Below are positions 20,387 through 29,277 of a DNA stretch of 64,000 nucleotides, in pieces (within the stretch, counting starts at the first letter, position 1; the number at the start of each line of letters is the position of its first letter). The stretch is from Alphaproteobacteria bacterium (GTDB lineage: Bacteria > Pseudomonadota > Alphaproteobacteria > UBA828). Made by a program: the position numbers and the translations under genes. The stretch is taken from positions 1 to 64,000 of the forward strand of contig CAXXMU010000006.1 of NCBI GenBank assembly GCA_963667785.2, given 5' to 3'. The notes under the pieces were generated by a model. It did no database searches and had not been told where the DNA came from. It was given only the letters and a program-made list of their open reading frames with translations.

Positions 20387-21343
20387 TTGCTCGACCTGAT
20401 CGCAATCGGAGAGCCGCTCGTCGAGCTGGCTGCAGAGTCCTCCGGCCGCCTGGGCGAGGTGGAGCATTTCCGGCGCGGCTGGGGCGGCGACACGGCGAAC
20501 TGCGTGCTGGCCGCCGCCCGCCTGGGCGGGGCCTGCAGCTACATCACGCGGGTGGGCGACGACGAGTTCGGTCGCGCCTTCGTCGCGATGCTCGAGCGCA
20601 ATGGCGTCGATGCGAGCCAGGTCGGAATCGACACGGCGCACCACACCGGCGTCTACTTCGTGTCCTACACGGACGAACGACAGCACCGGTTCACGTACTT
20701 GCGCCGCGATTCGGCGGCGAGCCATCTTGCCGGTGGCGATATCGATCCAGGCTATGTCGGCGCTGCCCGCGTCCTGCACGCGAGCGGCATCTCCCAGGCG
20801 ATTTCGCGCTCCTGCGCGGACGCGGTCGAGACGGCGATGACCCTCGCGCGCGCCGCCGGCGCGACGGTGAGCTACGACGCCAACGTGCGCCCGGCGCTCG
20901 GGACCGCAGAGAGCCTGAGGGACAATTTCGCGCAGGCGCTTTCGCTCGCCGACATCGTGTTCGTGAGCGAGGAGGATATCGCCTTCCTCTACGATGACAC
21001 CCCGGTCGAGGCGGCACTGGACCGGGTTTTGGGCGCGCAGCCCACACTCGCCATCGCCAAGCTGGGCGCACGAGGATGCCTCATCGGCGACGACGCCGGC
21101 ACCCGATTGCACGTGCCCGGCTGGACGGTTGAGGCGGTCGACGCGACCGGTGCGGGCGATGCCTTCAGCGCCGGGTTCATCCTGTCGTGGCTGCGGGGCG
21201 CACCGCCCGACGAAGCGGGACGGTTTGCGAACGCCGTGGGCGCCCTGACCACGACCGGTGTCGGCGCCATCGCCCCCCAGCCCGACCGCAACCAGGTGGC
21301 GGCGTTCATGGAGCGGCAGACACGGGCGCACCGAGCGCCGTGA
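20387..21343 (+). CDS. PfkB family sugar kinase (KdgK-like)
   Basis: GGDTANC, RVGDDEFG, SYDANVRP, DATGAGDAF. Confidence 0.92.
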   Translation: MLDLIAIGEPLVELAAESSGRLGEVEHFRRGWGGDTANCVLAAARLGGACSYITRVGDDEFGRAFVAMLERNGVDASQVGIDTAHHTGVYFVSYTDERQHRFTYLRRDSAASHLAGGDIDPGYVGAARVLHASGISQAISRSCADAVETAMTLARAAGATVSYDANVRPALGTAESLRDNFAQALSLADIVFVSEEDIAFLYDDTPVEAALDRVLGAQPTLAIAKLGARGCLIGDDAGTRLHVPGWTVEAVDATGAGDAFSAGFILSWLRGAPPDEAGRFANAVGALTTTGVGAIAPQPDRNQVAAFMERQTRAHRAP

Positions 21344-21700
21344 CGGGCACGACGAACGACTCCTCGCCGGCGGACGACGAGAAGGCCGGCGCAGACGCGG
21401 GGGCGGAGCGACCGGCGGGCGTCGCCCCGCTCTTCCGGGCCGAGGACGTGTCAAGGTCTTTCGCCGCCATCGACGCCCTCCGGCAGGTGGGGCTCGATCT
21501 GGAGCACGGCACCGTTCATGCCATCGTCGGCCACAACGGCGCCGGCAAGTCGACACTCATGAACATCGTGAGCGGCGTGCTGCGTCCCGATTCCGGCCGC
21601 CTCCTGCTGGACGGGGAGCCGGTTTCGTTCCGCGCGCCGCGCGACGCGCAAGAGCGCGGGATCTCGATGGTGCACCAGGAATTCAGCATTCTCGGGGACC
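21340..21700 (+). pseudogene. N-terminal fragment of a sugar ABC ATP-binding protein
   Basis: GHNGAGKSTL and Q-loop GISMVHQE, then homology is lost abruptly at about 21700. Confidence 0.85.
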
Positions 21701-22477
21701 CTCGGCGCCGGCGCGACCGCCATTCAGCTCAGCATTCCGCTGCTCGTGGTTGCCGCCGGCATGACCTACTGCCTGCTTTGCGGCGAGGTCGATCTCTCGG
21801 TCGGCGGCGTGACCGGCCTGGCGAGCACCGTCGCGGCCGTGCAGATGAGCGGCGGCACGCCCTGGCCGCTCGCCGTGCTCGCCGCTCTTGGCGTCGGTCT
21901 CCTCGCGGGCGTGGTCAACGGCGCGCTTACGGCGTGGCTGTCGCCCGTCTTCCCGCGCTTTCCCTCCTTCCTGGTGACGCTCGCGACCATGGCCCTGACC
22001 GCGGGGATCGCGCAATCGATGCAACCCATGCAACAGGCGGTGGCGATCGAGAACGACGGTTTCAGGAACGCTCTCGACTTCTCGTCTTCTCTCCTGACCA
22101 GCAAGACGACGTGGTACGCGCTGATCGCGGTGGCCGTCGCCTACGTCGTGCTGACCCGCACGAGCTTCGGCTATGCGATCTATGCCGTCGGGGCCAATGC
22201 CCGCGCCGCAAGGCTGGTGGGTTTTGGGGTGGTGCGAACGAAATTCGGGGTGATGGTCGTCAGCAGCTTCCTTGCCGCCATCGGCGGGGTGGCACTGTTC
22301 GGCGGACGGGGCTCGATCATCGGCGCCATGTGGGGGGTCCTCGTTATCGGTGTCCTGAACACCGGCCTGCTGCTACTCGAGGCCCAAACCAACGTTCAGT
22401 TGATCGCGAAGGGCGGGCTGGTGGTGATCGCACTGGCATTCGGCGAATATGTCCGGCGCCGCGCATCGAACGCCTGA
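21701..22477 (+). pseudogene. Sugar ABC permease fragment lacking its N-terminus and an internal segment
   Basis: GEVDLSVGG and AVGANARAARLVG present; FLAAIGG is joined directly to VALFGGRGS, so the usual intervening stretch is missing. Confidence 0.8.
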
Positions 22478-22942
22478 TGGTGCGGCTTGGCTTGGCTGCC
22501 AATCGTCCGGCAGACGAGTGGCGCGGTCGGCGCGCTTGGGCGCCCTCTCCCTGGTTCGCTTCCGGTTAGAATCGGTTCCTTCCGGTTCGGTGGACTCTGT
22601 GTCCGGTGTCTTGGACGGAGAGTCCGGCGTCGGTGACACATTGTCCGGTGTTGCGTGCACCTCACTGGCCTCCGTGTCCGGCTTCGGCGGGAGGCTCAAG
22701 CGGTAGGCCTTGCCCCGACCTCGAGCCCGGCGGGCGATCAGCCCGGCCGTCTCGAGCGTTTCCAGGTGCCGGCGCACCGATCGCTCGTTCATCTCAGTCT
22801 CAGTCGCGATCGTCTCGATCACGGGGAACGGATCGGTGCCGGTCTCGTCGTTATGATGGTCGGCGAGCGACAGAAGCACGAGCTTCGCCATGGGCGAGCC
22901 AACACGCTGCCCGAAGGCCCAAGCCGTCGCGCGAACGCTCAT
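22478..22942 (-). pseudogene. Truncated phage/satellite-type replication initiator (N-terminal winged HTH); ORF runs on into the permease antisense to 22373
   Basis: MSVRATAWAF...KLVLLSLADHHND...FPVIETIATETEMNERSVRRHLETLETAGLI, a P/D/T-rich linker, then RATRLPDDWQP; coding sense ends at about 22480. Confidence 0.75.
22592..22681. repeat. Four iteron-like GGAC-N5-GTCC dyads inside the replication gene
   Basis: GGACTCTGTGTCC 22592, GGACGGAGAGTCC 22613, TGACACATTGTCC 22634, GGCCTCCGTGTCC 22667; each is followed by GG; spacing 21, 21 and 33 bp. Confidence 0.7.
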
Positions 22943-22961
22943 CGGCCGATCCCGGAATCGG

Positions 22962-23072
22962 GGTTGGACAACGCGCGGATTTCCTCAATGGAATCAATGC
23001 TCCCTCTTGGAGCGGTTGGACAATCTACGGCGTTGATTTTATTGGCAAACCCTACTCACGTAGGGGTCACCA
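22962..23072 (+). mobile_element. Putative att site / right end of an integrated element (tRNA 3'-end-like core)
   Basis: GGTTGGACAA twice (22962, 23014); inverted CAATGGAATCAAT / GTTGATTTTATTG (22986, 23032); core CGTAGGGGTCACCA (23059-23072) resembling a tRNA-Glu 3' end with CCA. Confidence 0.55.
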
Positions 23073-23117
23073 CCGTCACCCGCCCGAACTGCCCCGTCCC
23101 GCCCGCCCAACATCGAG

Positions 23118-23146
23118 TTGACTAGTGTCGATAGGCACCATACACA
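23118..23146 (+). promoter_or_regulatory. higBA promoter with a palindromic operator in the spacer
   Basis: TTGACT-N17-TACACA; imperfect dyad GTGTCGATAGGCAC between the boxes. Confidence 0.55.
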
Positions 23147-23152
23147 GGGCAG

Positions 23153-23431
23153 GTGATCAGGACCTTTCGGCATCGTGGATTGAAGGAACTCTACGAGCAG
23201 GGCGGTTCATCGAGGGTGACGCAGCGGCACGTCGGGAAGCTCCTCCGCATCCTGACCGCCCTGGACCGGAGCAGCGGTCCCGAGGGGATGGACATTCCCG
23301 GCTTTCGGCTTCATCCGCTCAAGGGCCGCCTGCGGGGGCACTACGCGGTATCCGTCTCGGCCAATTGGCGGGTGACGTTTCGGTTCGAAGACGGACATGC
23401 CGTGGATGTCGACTATCTGGACTACCACTAG
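23153..23431 (+). CDS. higB: HigB-like toxin (RelE/ParE superfamily)
   Basis: MIRTFRHRGLKELY...PGFRLHPLKG...YAVSVSANWRVTFRF...DYLDYH; toxin gene comes first. Confidence 0.93.
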   Translation: MIRTFRHRGLKELYEQGGSSRVTQRHVGKLLRILTALDRSSGPEGMDIPGFRLHPLKGRLRGHYAVSVSANWRVTFRFEDGHAVDVDYLDYH

Positions 23432-23442
23432 GAGAACCCGCG

Positions 23443-23730
23443 ATGGCCATGAACAACCCCGTGCACCCCGGCGCCATCGTTCGCGAAGACTGCCTGAAGC
23501 CGCTGGGTCTGTCCGTCACCGAGGGCGCGAAGCGGCTCGGCGTCGGGCGCCAGACGCTCTCCAACCTGGTGAACGAGAAGGCCTCCGTCTCCATCGAGAT
23601 GGCCTATCGTCTATCGAAGGCCTTCGGCTCGACCCCTGAGACGTGGCTCGGCATGCAACTGGCCTTCGACCTCGCGCGCTCTCGCCACCTGGAGCGGACG
23701 ATCAAGGTCGAACGAATCGCCGCTGCATAG
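23443..23730 (+). CDS. higA: HigA antitoxin (XRE HTH)
   Basis: NPVHPGAIVREDCL...LSVTEGAKRLGVGRQTLSNLVN...FGSTPETWLGMQLAFDL; AGGAG RBS. Confidence 0.94.
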   Translation: MAMNNPVHPGAIVREDCLKPLGLSVTEGAKRLGVGRQTLSNLVNEKASVSIEMAYRLSKAFGSTPETWLGMQLAFDLARSRHLERTIKVERIAAA

Positions 23731-23760
23731 CGCGACTCGGGACACGCTCATCTTCGGAAG

Positions 23761-24498
23761 CTAGCCCGAATTGACGCGCCCCGACCGCTCCGCGACGAGG
23801 GCGAGCCAGGCGTCGCCGACGCGGTAGCAGAAATCGTGCGAGCCCCAGTGGTGGAGCTGCAGCAGGTGCGGCAGCTCGGCCGGCAGCGTCGGATAGTGGG
23901 TCGGCACGATCTCGTCGGAGATCGCGACCCAGTCCCTCATCATCTGCGGCGTCACCTCGAAGTGGGGCTGGAAGGAATAGGTCGCCGCACCCAGCCGGAA
24001 CGCCTGGTTGGGCACCGCATCGCCCGCCATGAGGTGGGTGGCGCCTGCCGGCAGGTCGAAGGTCTGGCTGTGGAACTCGGCGAGGTGGAGGGGAGTGGCG
24101 AAGGACTGGCCAAGCAGCGGATCGTCCTGCGCCGCCTCCGTCAGCCGGATCGGGACGAAGCCCACCTCCGGCACGGGCAGGTCGTAGCAGTGCCCGCCGA
24201 AGGCGCGCGCGATGATCTGCGAGCCCAGGCAGACGCCGAGCACCGGCTTCTCGGCGGCGGTGAAGCGGCGCACCAGCTCGGCCGCCTGCTCGAGCCAGGG
24301 ATGCTCCTCCACGTGGCCCGCATGCATCGCGCCGCCCATCAGGAGGAAGCCGTCATGGCCGGTCTCGTCGTCCGGCAGCCGGTGGTCGGCGTCGAGGTGC
24401 GGCATGCAGAGATCGAACCGCGCGCCGCGCCGCGCCGCAGGCTCTTCCAGATAGCCCGGCCCGGAATTCTCGTGGTTCTGCAGCAGGAGGATGCGCAC
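23761..24498 (-). CDS. Type 1 glutamine amidotransferase (GMP synthase glutaminase-like)
   Basis: LGVCLGSQIIA nucleophile elbow; FQPHFE. Confidence 0.88.
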   Translation of the reverse strand: MRILLLQNHENSGPGYLEEPAARRGARFDLCMPHLDADHRLPDDETGHDGFLLMGGAMHAGHVEEHPWLEQAAELVRRFTAAEKPVLGVCLGSQIIARAFGGHCYDLPVPEVGFVPIRLTEAAQDDPLLGQSFATPLHLAEFHSQTFDLPAGATHLMAGDAVPNQAFRLGAATYSFQPHFEVTPQMMRDWVAISDEIVPTHYPTLPAELPHLLQLHHWGSHDFCYRVGDAWLALVAERSGRVNSG

Positions 24499-24504
24499 CG
24501 GCGC

Positions 24505-25191
24505 TCAGCCCTCGCGCCAGAAGCGCTTGAAGCCCTCGACCGTGACGGCGGGATCGCGGCAGAAGTCGATGATCGCCTGCTCCTTGGCCGTGATCGCAGC
24601 CGCCGCCTCGAGGATCTGCGGCACCAGCGCGGGCGGCACGGCGACGGCGCCGTTCACGTCCGCATGGACGAGGGTGTCGGTGCGGGCGTAGAGGCCGGCG
24701 ACGTTGACCTCGCAGTCGAAGGCGGCACGGTGATAGTCGGCGCGGTTGGGGGCGATGCCGCCGCAGAGCACCTGGAAGCCCTCGGCCATGCCGGCCACGT
24801 CGCGCACCGCGCCGTTGGTGACGAGGCCGATGCAGCCCAGCGCGCTGTGCATGAAGCTCATCACCTCGCCGAAGAGCGCGTTGCTGGCGGCGTGCGGCGT
24901 GTCGGCATCCTGCACCATGACGATGCGGGGCGCAGGCCCCCGGGCCACGTAGTCGAACCAGTCGAGGTCCTGCGCCCTCTCGCCCTCGGCATCGAGACCG
25001 CCCGGCTCCTGCGTCCGGTAGAGCGTGGTGCGGGCGTAGCCGACCATGGGCGGCAGCCCGGGGCGGGCACAGTGGAGCATCGCCTTGGTCGAGTGCCGCG
25101 CGGCCTCCGGCGCCACGGCGAGCAGCGCGTTGCAGATGGTCGGCGTGTCGTAGCGGCCGAGCGCCGCGAGATCGATGTCGTGAGCGGTCAT
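24505..25191 (-). CDS. RraA family / HMG aldolase-like protein
   Basis: DTPTICNAL, MVGYART, FGEVMS, VTNGAVRDV, HADVNGAV. Confidence 0.88.
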   Translation of the reverse strand: MTAHDIDLAALGRYDTPTICNALLAVAPEAARHSTKAMLHCARPGLPPMVGYARTTLYRTQEPGGLDAEGERAQDLDWFDYVARGPAPRIVMVQDADTPHAASNALFGEVMSFMHSALGCIGLVTNGAVRDVAGMAEGFQVLCGGIAPNRADYHRAAFDCEVNVAGLYARTDTLVHADVNGAVAVPPALVPQILEAAAAITAKEQAIIDFCRDPAVTVEGFKRFWREG

Positions 25192-25299
25192 GGAGCCCTC
25201 CCCGCCCCCTCATAGCCGCGCGGCAGAGCGCTGGCAATCGGCGGTCTTGCGCGCAGGGCCCCCGGTCGCCACCATCGGGCAAACGGAGGGGTGACGCGC

Positions 25300-26217
25300 A
25301 TGAGCATCAGGATCGAGTGCATCCTCGACTGCGGCAACCATCTGGGCGAGGGCCCGGTGTGGGACGTGGACGAGGGCCGGCTCTACTGGGTGGACGGCAC
25401 CGGGCGACGGGTGGGCAAGCCTGAGCTCTGGCGCATGGACCCGAAGAGCGGCAAGGTCGAGAACTGGACTCTCGGCGAGCACGACATCGGCGCGCTCGCG
25501 CTTCGCGCCGGCGGCGGCGCTGTGATGGCGCTGGACGACGGGTTCTACTTCTTCGACTACGAGAAGGCGGAGATGGAGCTGATCACCAAGGTCGACGCCG
25601 AGCAGCCGCGCACCCGGCTCAACGACGGCAAGTGCGACCGGCGCGGGCGCTTCTTCGCCGGCGGCATGGACGACAAGGAGGAGCTCACCATCTGTGGCCT
25701 GTGGCGGCTCGACCCCGACCTCAGCGTAACCAAGGTGGACGACGGCATCATCTGCACCAACGGCCCGTGCTGGAGCCCGGACGACAGCACCTTCTACCTG
25801 GCCGACAGCTTCCAGGACGAGTTCTGGGCCTACGACTACGACATCGAGACCGGCTCGCTCTCCAACAAGCGGGTGTTCGCCTCGACGAAGGACGACGCCG
25901 GCGTCGCCGACGGCTCCACCGTGGACGAGGAGGGCTGCCTCTGGAACGCCCAGGTGATCGGCGGCGAGCTGGTGCGCTACGCGCCGGACGGCTCGGTCGA
26001 GCGTCGCATCGGCATGCCCGTGAAGAACGTCACCAGCGTGATGTTCGGCGGCGACGACCTGGACGTACTCTACGTCACCTCCATGGCGCGCGTGCAGCAC
26101 CCGGCGGTGCACGACATGTTTGCGGTGGAGGCCAAGCCGCAGTTCCTGGCCGGCGGCCTGTTCGCCGTGACCGGGCTCGGCATCCGCGGCATCCCGGAGC
26201 CCCGCTTCGCCGGCTGA
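25300..26217 (+). CDS. SMP-30/gluconolactonase/LRE family protein
   Basis: LGEGPVWD, RLNDGKCD, NGPCWSPD, DGSTVDEEG, TSVMFGG; GGAGGGG RBS. Confidence 0.93.
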   Translation: MSIRIECILDCGNHLGEGPVWDVDEGRLYWVDGTGRRVGKPELWRMDPKSGKVENWTLGEHDIGALALRAGGGAVMALDDGFYFFDYEKAEMELITKVDAEQPRTRLNDGKCDRRGRFFAGGMDDKEELTICGLWRLDPDLSVTKVDDGIICTNGPCWSPDDSTFYLADSFQDEFWAYDYDIETGSLSNKRVFASTKDDAGVADGSTVDEEGCLWNAQVIGGELVRYAPDGSVERRIGMPVKNVTSVMFGGDDLDVLYVTSMARVQHPAVHDMFAVEAKPQFLAGGLFAVTGLGIRGIPEPRFAG

Positions 26218-26239
26218 GGGATCGACGGCGCTCGCCGCC

Positions 26240-26527
26240 TCAGGTCTTGCGGATGAAGTTGTCGGCGTAGGACTTGGGCCGGACCGTGCGCGTCTGCGGC
26301 TCCTCCACCACGTAGGCGAGGCTGTGTCGCCTCGCGTAGGCGACCGCCTGCTGCTTCGTCGCAAAGCTCAGACTGAGCTGCTGTGTGGTGTCGTCGGAGC
26401 CGGTCCAGCCCATGAGGTCGTCCACCGCGCGCTGCCCGCGCGGGCTGTGCTCCAGCACCCAGCGGGCGGTCTTCGCCCGGCCCGACTGGGTCGCCGTCTT
26501 CGCCGGCCTGTAGATGCGCACCTCCAT
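26240..26527 (-). CDS. ETC complex I accessory subunit (NDUFS4-like)
   Basis: RIYRPAKTATQSG, LMGWTGSDD, KSYADNF. Confidence 0.92.
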   Translation of the reverse strand: MEVRIYRPAKTATQSGRAKTARWVLEHSPRGQRAVDDLMGWTGSDDTTQQLSLSFATKQQAVAYARRHSLAYVVEEPQTRTVRPKSYADNFIRKT

Positions 26528-26566
26528 CGCCCAACCCCTTAGCGCGACCCCACGACGGCGGCAAGT

Positions 26567-27199
26567 CTAGGCTGAAGCACTCGGCCGCTCGCCGACCTCG
26601 GCGAACCAGCGGGCGACGTCGGCGCAGTCCGCCGGGATCTCGATCTCCGCCCGCTTGGCGAAGTCGATCGTCACGAATGCGGTGATGTCGGCGATGGAGA
26701 ACGCATCGCCGGCGAGGTGGCGGCTTTCGGCGAGCCGGCCGTCGAGCTTGGCGAAGAAGCGCTCCATGGACTGCCTGCCGCGCTCGGCCAGGGCCGGGAT
26801 CTGGGGAACGCCGCCCGTCACGCCGGCAACCCCGCGGTCCTCGAACATCGGCGCGCTGTTCCGCACCGCATCGACGGCCGTCAGATAGCCCTCGAGCTCC
26901 GCCCGGCGGTTCCACATCTCGATGATCGCCTTCTCCTTGGCGTCGCGGCCCATCAGGTTGGGCTCGGGATGGGTCTCCTCCAGATAGCGGCAGATGGCGA
27001 CCGTCTCGCCGATGGGCGTGCCGTCGTCGAGCACCAGAGTCGGCACCACGCAGTTGGGGTTCACGGCACGGTACTCGTCGGTGAACTGCTGCCGCTCGCG
27101 GGTGTTGATCTGCACGCTGGGGATCTCGAGCCCCTTCTCGGCGATGAACATCCGCACCCGGCGCGGGCCGGGCGCGAGCGAAAACTCGTAGAGCATCAT
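26567..27199 (-). CDS. Glutathione S-transferase family protein
   Basis: PRRVRMFIAEKG, NPNCVVPTL, ETVAICRYLE, FSIADI; C-terminal part of ORF 26567..28333. Confidence 0.92.
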   Translation of the reverse strand: MMLYEFSLAPGPRRVRMFIAEKGLEIPSVQINTRERQQFTDEYRAVNPNCVVPTLVLDDGTPIGETVAICRYLEETHPEPNLMGRDAKEKAIIEMWNRRAELEGYLTAVDAVRNSAPMFEDRGVAGVTGGVPQIPALAERGRQSMERFFAKLDGRLAESRHLAGDAFSIADITAFVTIDFAKRAEIEIPADCADVARWFAEVGERPSASA

Positions 27200-27231
27200 G
27201 GCGCAGGTTCTCCCTCGGTCGGTGCCGCCGG

Positions 27232-28752
27232 TCAGAGCGTCCGCCAGTCGACCGACTGCTCGTAGGCGTGGGCGGCCCGGTAGATCGTCGCTTCGTCGAA
27301 GTGGCGGCCCGTCAGCATGAGGCCGACCGGCAGGCCGCCGCTCAGCCCGCAGGGAATGGTGAGCGACGGGTGGCCGGTGACGTTGAAGACGGCGGTGTTC
27401 GTCAGCATCTCGTGGGCGCGCTGGATGTAGAGGTCGATCGGCGCGTCCGGCGGCGGGATCGGCGTCGCCACCATCGGCACCGTCGGCATGGCGATCGCGT
27501 CGCAGTCTTCGAGCGCGCTGTCGTAGGCCGCGCGGATGCGCCGGGCCACGTTCTGCGCCTTGCCGTAGTAGCGGCCGCCATACTGGTTCAGCATGTACTG
27601 GCCGAGCAGGATCGCGTACTTCAGCGTGTGGGGGAACTCGTCGGCCCGCTCGCGCCAGCGGGCGTAGCGGTCGATCAGGCTGGTGAGGTAGAGGCCCTTC
27701 CAGTTGGTGCCGAAGCCGTTGCCGTTCATCATGCAATCGACCGTGCCCTCGAGCCCGATCGGGGTCCAGACGGCGCCGCCCACCAGATGCTCGGGGATGC
27801 TGATCTCGCGCACGGCCGCGCCGAGCGACTCGTAGCGGGCGATGGCGGCGCGCACCGTCTCGTCCACGCCGGGCTCGGCGTTGGGGTGGCCGAAGCCCTC
27901 CGCCACCACGCCGATGGTCAGTCCCTTGGCCCCCTGCTCCAGCGCGTCCGTGTAGGACGGGCTCTCCGGCACGCCCGCCTGGCGCGGGTCGAGCCCGTCG
28001 GGTCCGGCGATCACCTCCAGCAGCAGCGCGTTGTTCGCGACGGTGTCGGTCATCGGGCCGATATGGTCGAGGGTCAGCTCGATGGGCATCACGCCCGTGT
28101 AGGGAACGAGCCCGTGGGTGGGTTTGAGCCCGACGATGCCGCACATCGACGCCGGGATGCGGACCGAGCCGCCCTGGTCGCCGCCCAGCGCCATCTCCAC
28201 GTCGCCGGCGGCGACCACCGCGCCCGAGCCCGAGGAGGAGCCGCCGGTGGTGTGGCCCTGCTTCCACGGGTTCTGCGCCGGCAGGCCGGTCGCGTTGGTG
28301 TGGCTCCCGCCGGAGAAGCAGAGATACTCGCACGCGGTCTTGCCGGCGATCTCGCCGCCCGCGTCGAGGATGCGGCGGACGGCGGTGGCGTCCACCTCGG
28401 GCACGTAGCCTTCGAGGACGGAGGCGCCGTTCATCATCGGCACGCCGGCGACGCAGATGTTGTCCTTGATCCCGACCCTTTTGCCGGCGAGCGGGCCCTC
28501 GGCAGCGCCCTCGATCGCCGTCTTCCAGTACCAGCCGTTGTGCGGGTTCTCGTCGCCGCCAGGCCGGTGGCCGGGAACGCGCGGCCAGGCGACCTGCGGC
28601 AGCTCGTCGGCCATCGAATCGACGGCGTCGTAGCCCGCCAGCATCGGCTGCATGGCCGCGAGGTACTGAGCGGCCTCGTCCGCGCCGAGATGCATGCCGA
28701 GCTGGGCGCCGACCTCGACGATCTGCTCGGCGGTGGGACCCTTGACCGGCAT
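27232..28752 (-). CDS. Amidase signature family amidase
   Basis: IKDNICVAG, GGSSSGSG, GGDQGGSVRIPAS. Confidence 0.94.
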   Translation of the reverse strand: MPVKGPTAEQIVEVGAQLGMHLGADEAAQYLAAMQPMLAGYDAVDSMADELPQVAWPRVPGHRPGGDENPHNGWYWKTAIEGAAEGPLAGKRVGIKDNICVAGVPMMNGASVLEGYVPEVDATAVRRILDAGGEIAGKTACEYLCFSGGSHTNATGLPAQNPWKQGHTTGGSSSGSGAVVAAGDVEMALGGDQGGSVRIPASMCGIVGLKPTHGLVPYTGVMPIELTLDHIGPMTDTVANNALLLEVIAGPDGLDPRQAGVPESPSYTDALEQGAKGLTIGVVAEGFGHPNAEPGVDETVRAAIARYESLGAAVREISIPEHLVGGAVWTPIGLEGTVDCMMNGNGFGTNWKGLYLTSLIDRYARWRERADEFPHTLKYAILLGQYMLNQYGGRYYGKAQNVARRIRAAYDSALEDCDAIAMPTVPMVATPIPPPDAPIDLYIQRAHEMLTNTAVFNVTGHPSLTIPCGLSGGLPVGLMLTGRHFDEATIYRAAHAYEQSVDWRTL

Positions 28753-28801
28753 GGACGTTCTCCCTCTCGCCGCGCCCCGCGTCGTGCCGCTGGTCTATGA
28801 C

Positions 28802-29266
28802 CTAGCCGGTCGCCTCGATGGCAGGCGTGCCGTAGAGCTGGCGCGCGCGCCCCTCGAAGGCCCGCACCATGCGGTCCACGGCATCGGCGAAGAGCCCGCC
28901 CATGACGCGCTTGAGCAGGCGCGAGCGGAACTCGAAGTCGACGAAGAAATCCACCTCGCAGCCGTCCGTCCGCTCGCTGAAGCGCCAGCGGTTGACCAGG
29001 TAGCGGAAGGGGCCGTGGGTGTAGTTCACCTCGATGCGGTAGTCGTCCCGGTGAAGCTGCACGCGGGAGCCGAAGCGCTCGCGGAACATCATGAAGCCGA
29101 TCAGCATGTCGGCCTCGACGATGCCGGGCTCGCCGGGCTCGCGCCTGGTCACGCGGGTGCCGAGGCACCAGGGCAGGAACTCGGGATAGCGCTCCACCTC
29201 GGCCACGAGATCGAACATCTGGGCCGAGCTGTAGGGGAGGACGCGACGCTCGACGTGCTGCGGCAT
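28802..29266 (-). CDS. ratA: RatA/PasT/Coq10 START-domain protein
   Basis: MFDLVAEVERYPEFLPWC, GPFRYLVNRWRF, AFEGRARQLYG; follows lipA. Confidence 0.88.
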   Translation of the reverse strand: MPQHVERRVLPYSSAQMFDLVAEVERYPEFLPWCLGTRVTRREPGEPGIVEADMLIGFMMFRERFGSRVQLHRDDYRIEVNYTHGPFRYLVNRWRFSERTDGCEVDFFVDFEFRSRLLKRVMGGLFADAVDRMVRAFEGRARQLYGTPAIEATG

Positions 29267-29277
29267 GGGGCGCGCCT

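Noticed and set aside
21187-22569. 460-aa ORF as a real ATPase fusion
   Set aside because: Only 21340-21700 is ATPase-like; the rest is out-of-frame permease sequence.
23050-23072. Complete tRNA gene
   Set aside because: Only a 3'-end-like 14-mer; no D arm, anticodon arm or TTCG loop.
26567-28333. 588-aa GST fusion
   Set aside because: The N-terminal part is an alternative frame of the amidase gene; GST starts at 27199.
28802-29266. RatA as part of a toxin-antitoxin system
   Set aside because: No ratB partner; lipA-linked Coq10-like proteins are housekeeping ubiquinone-related factors.
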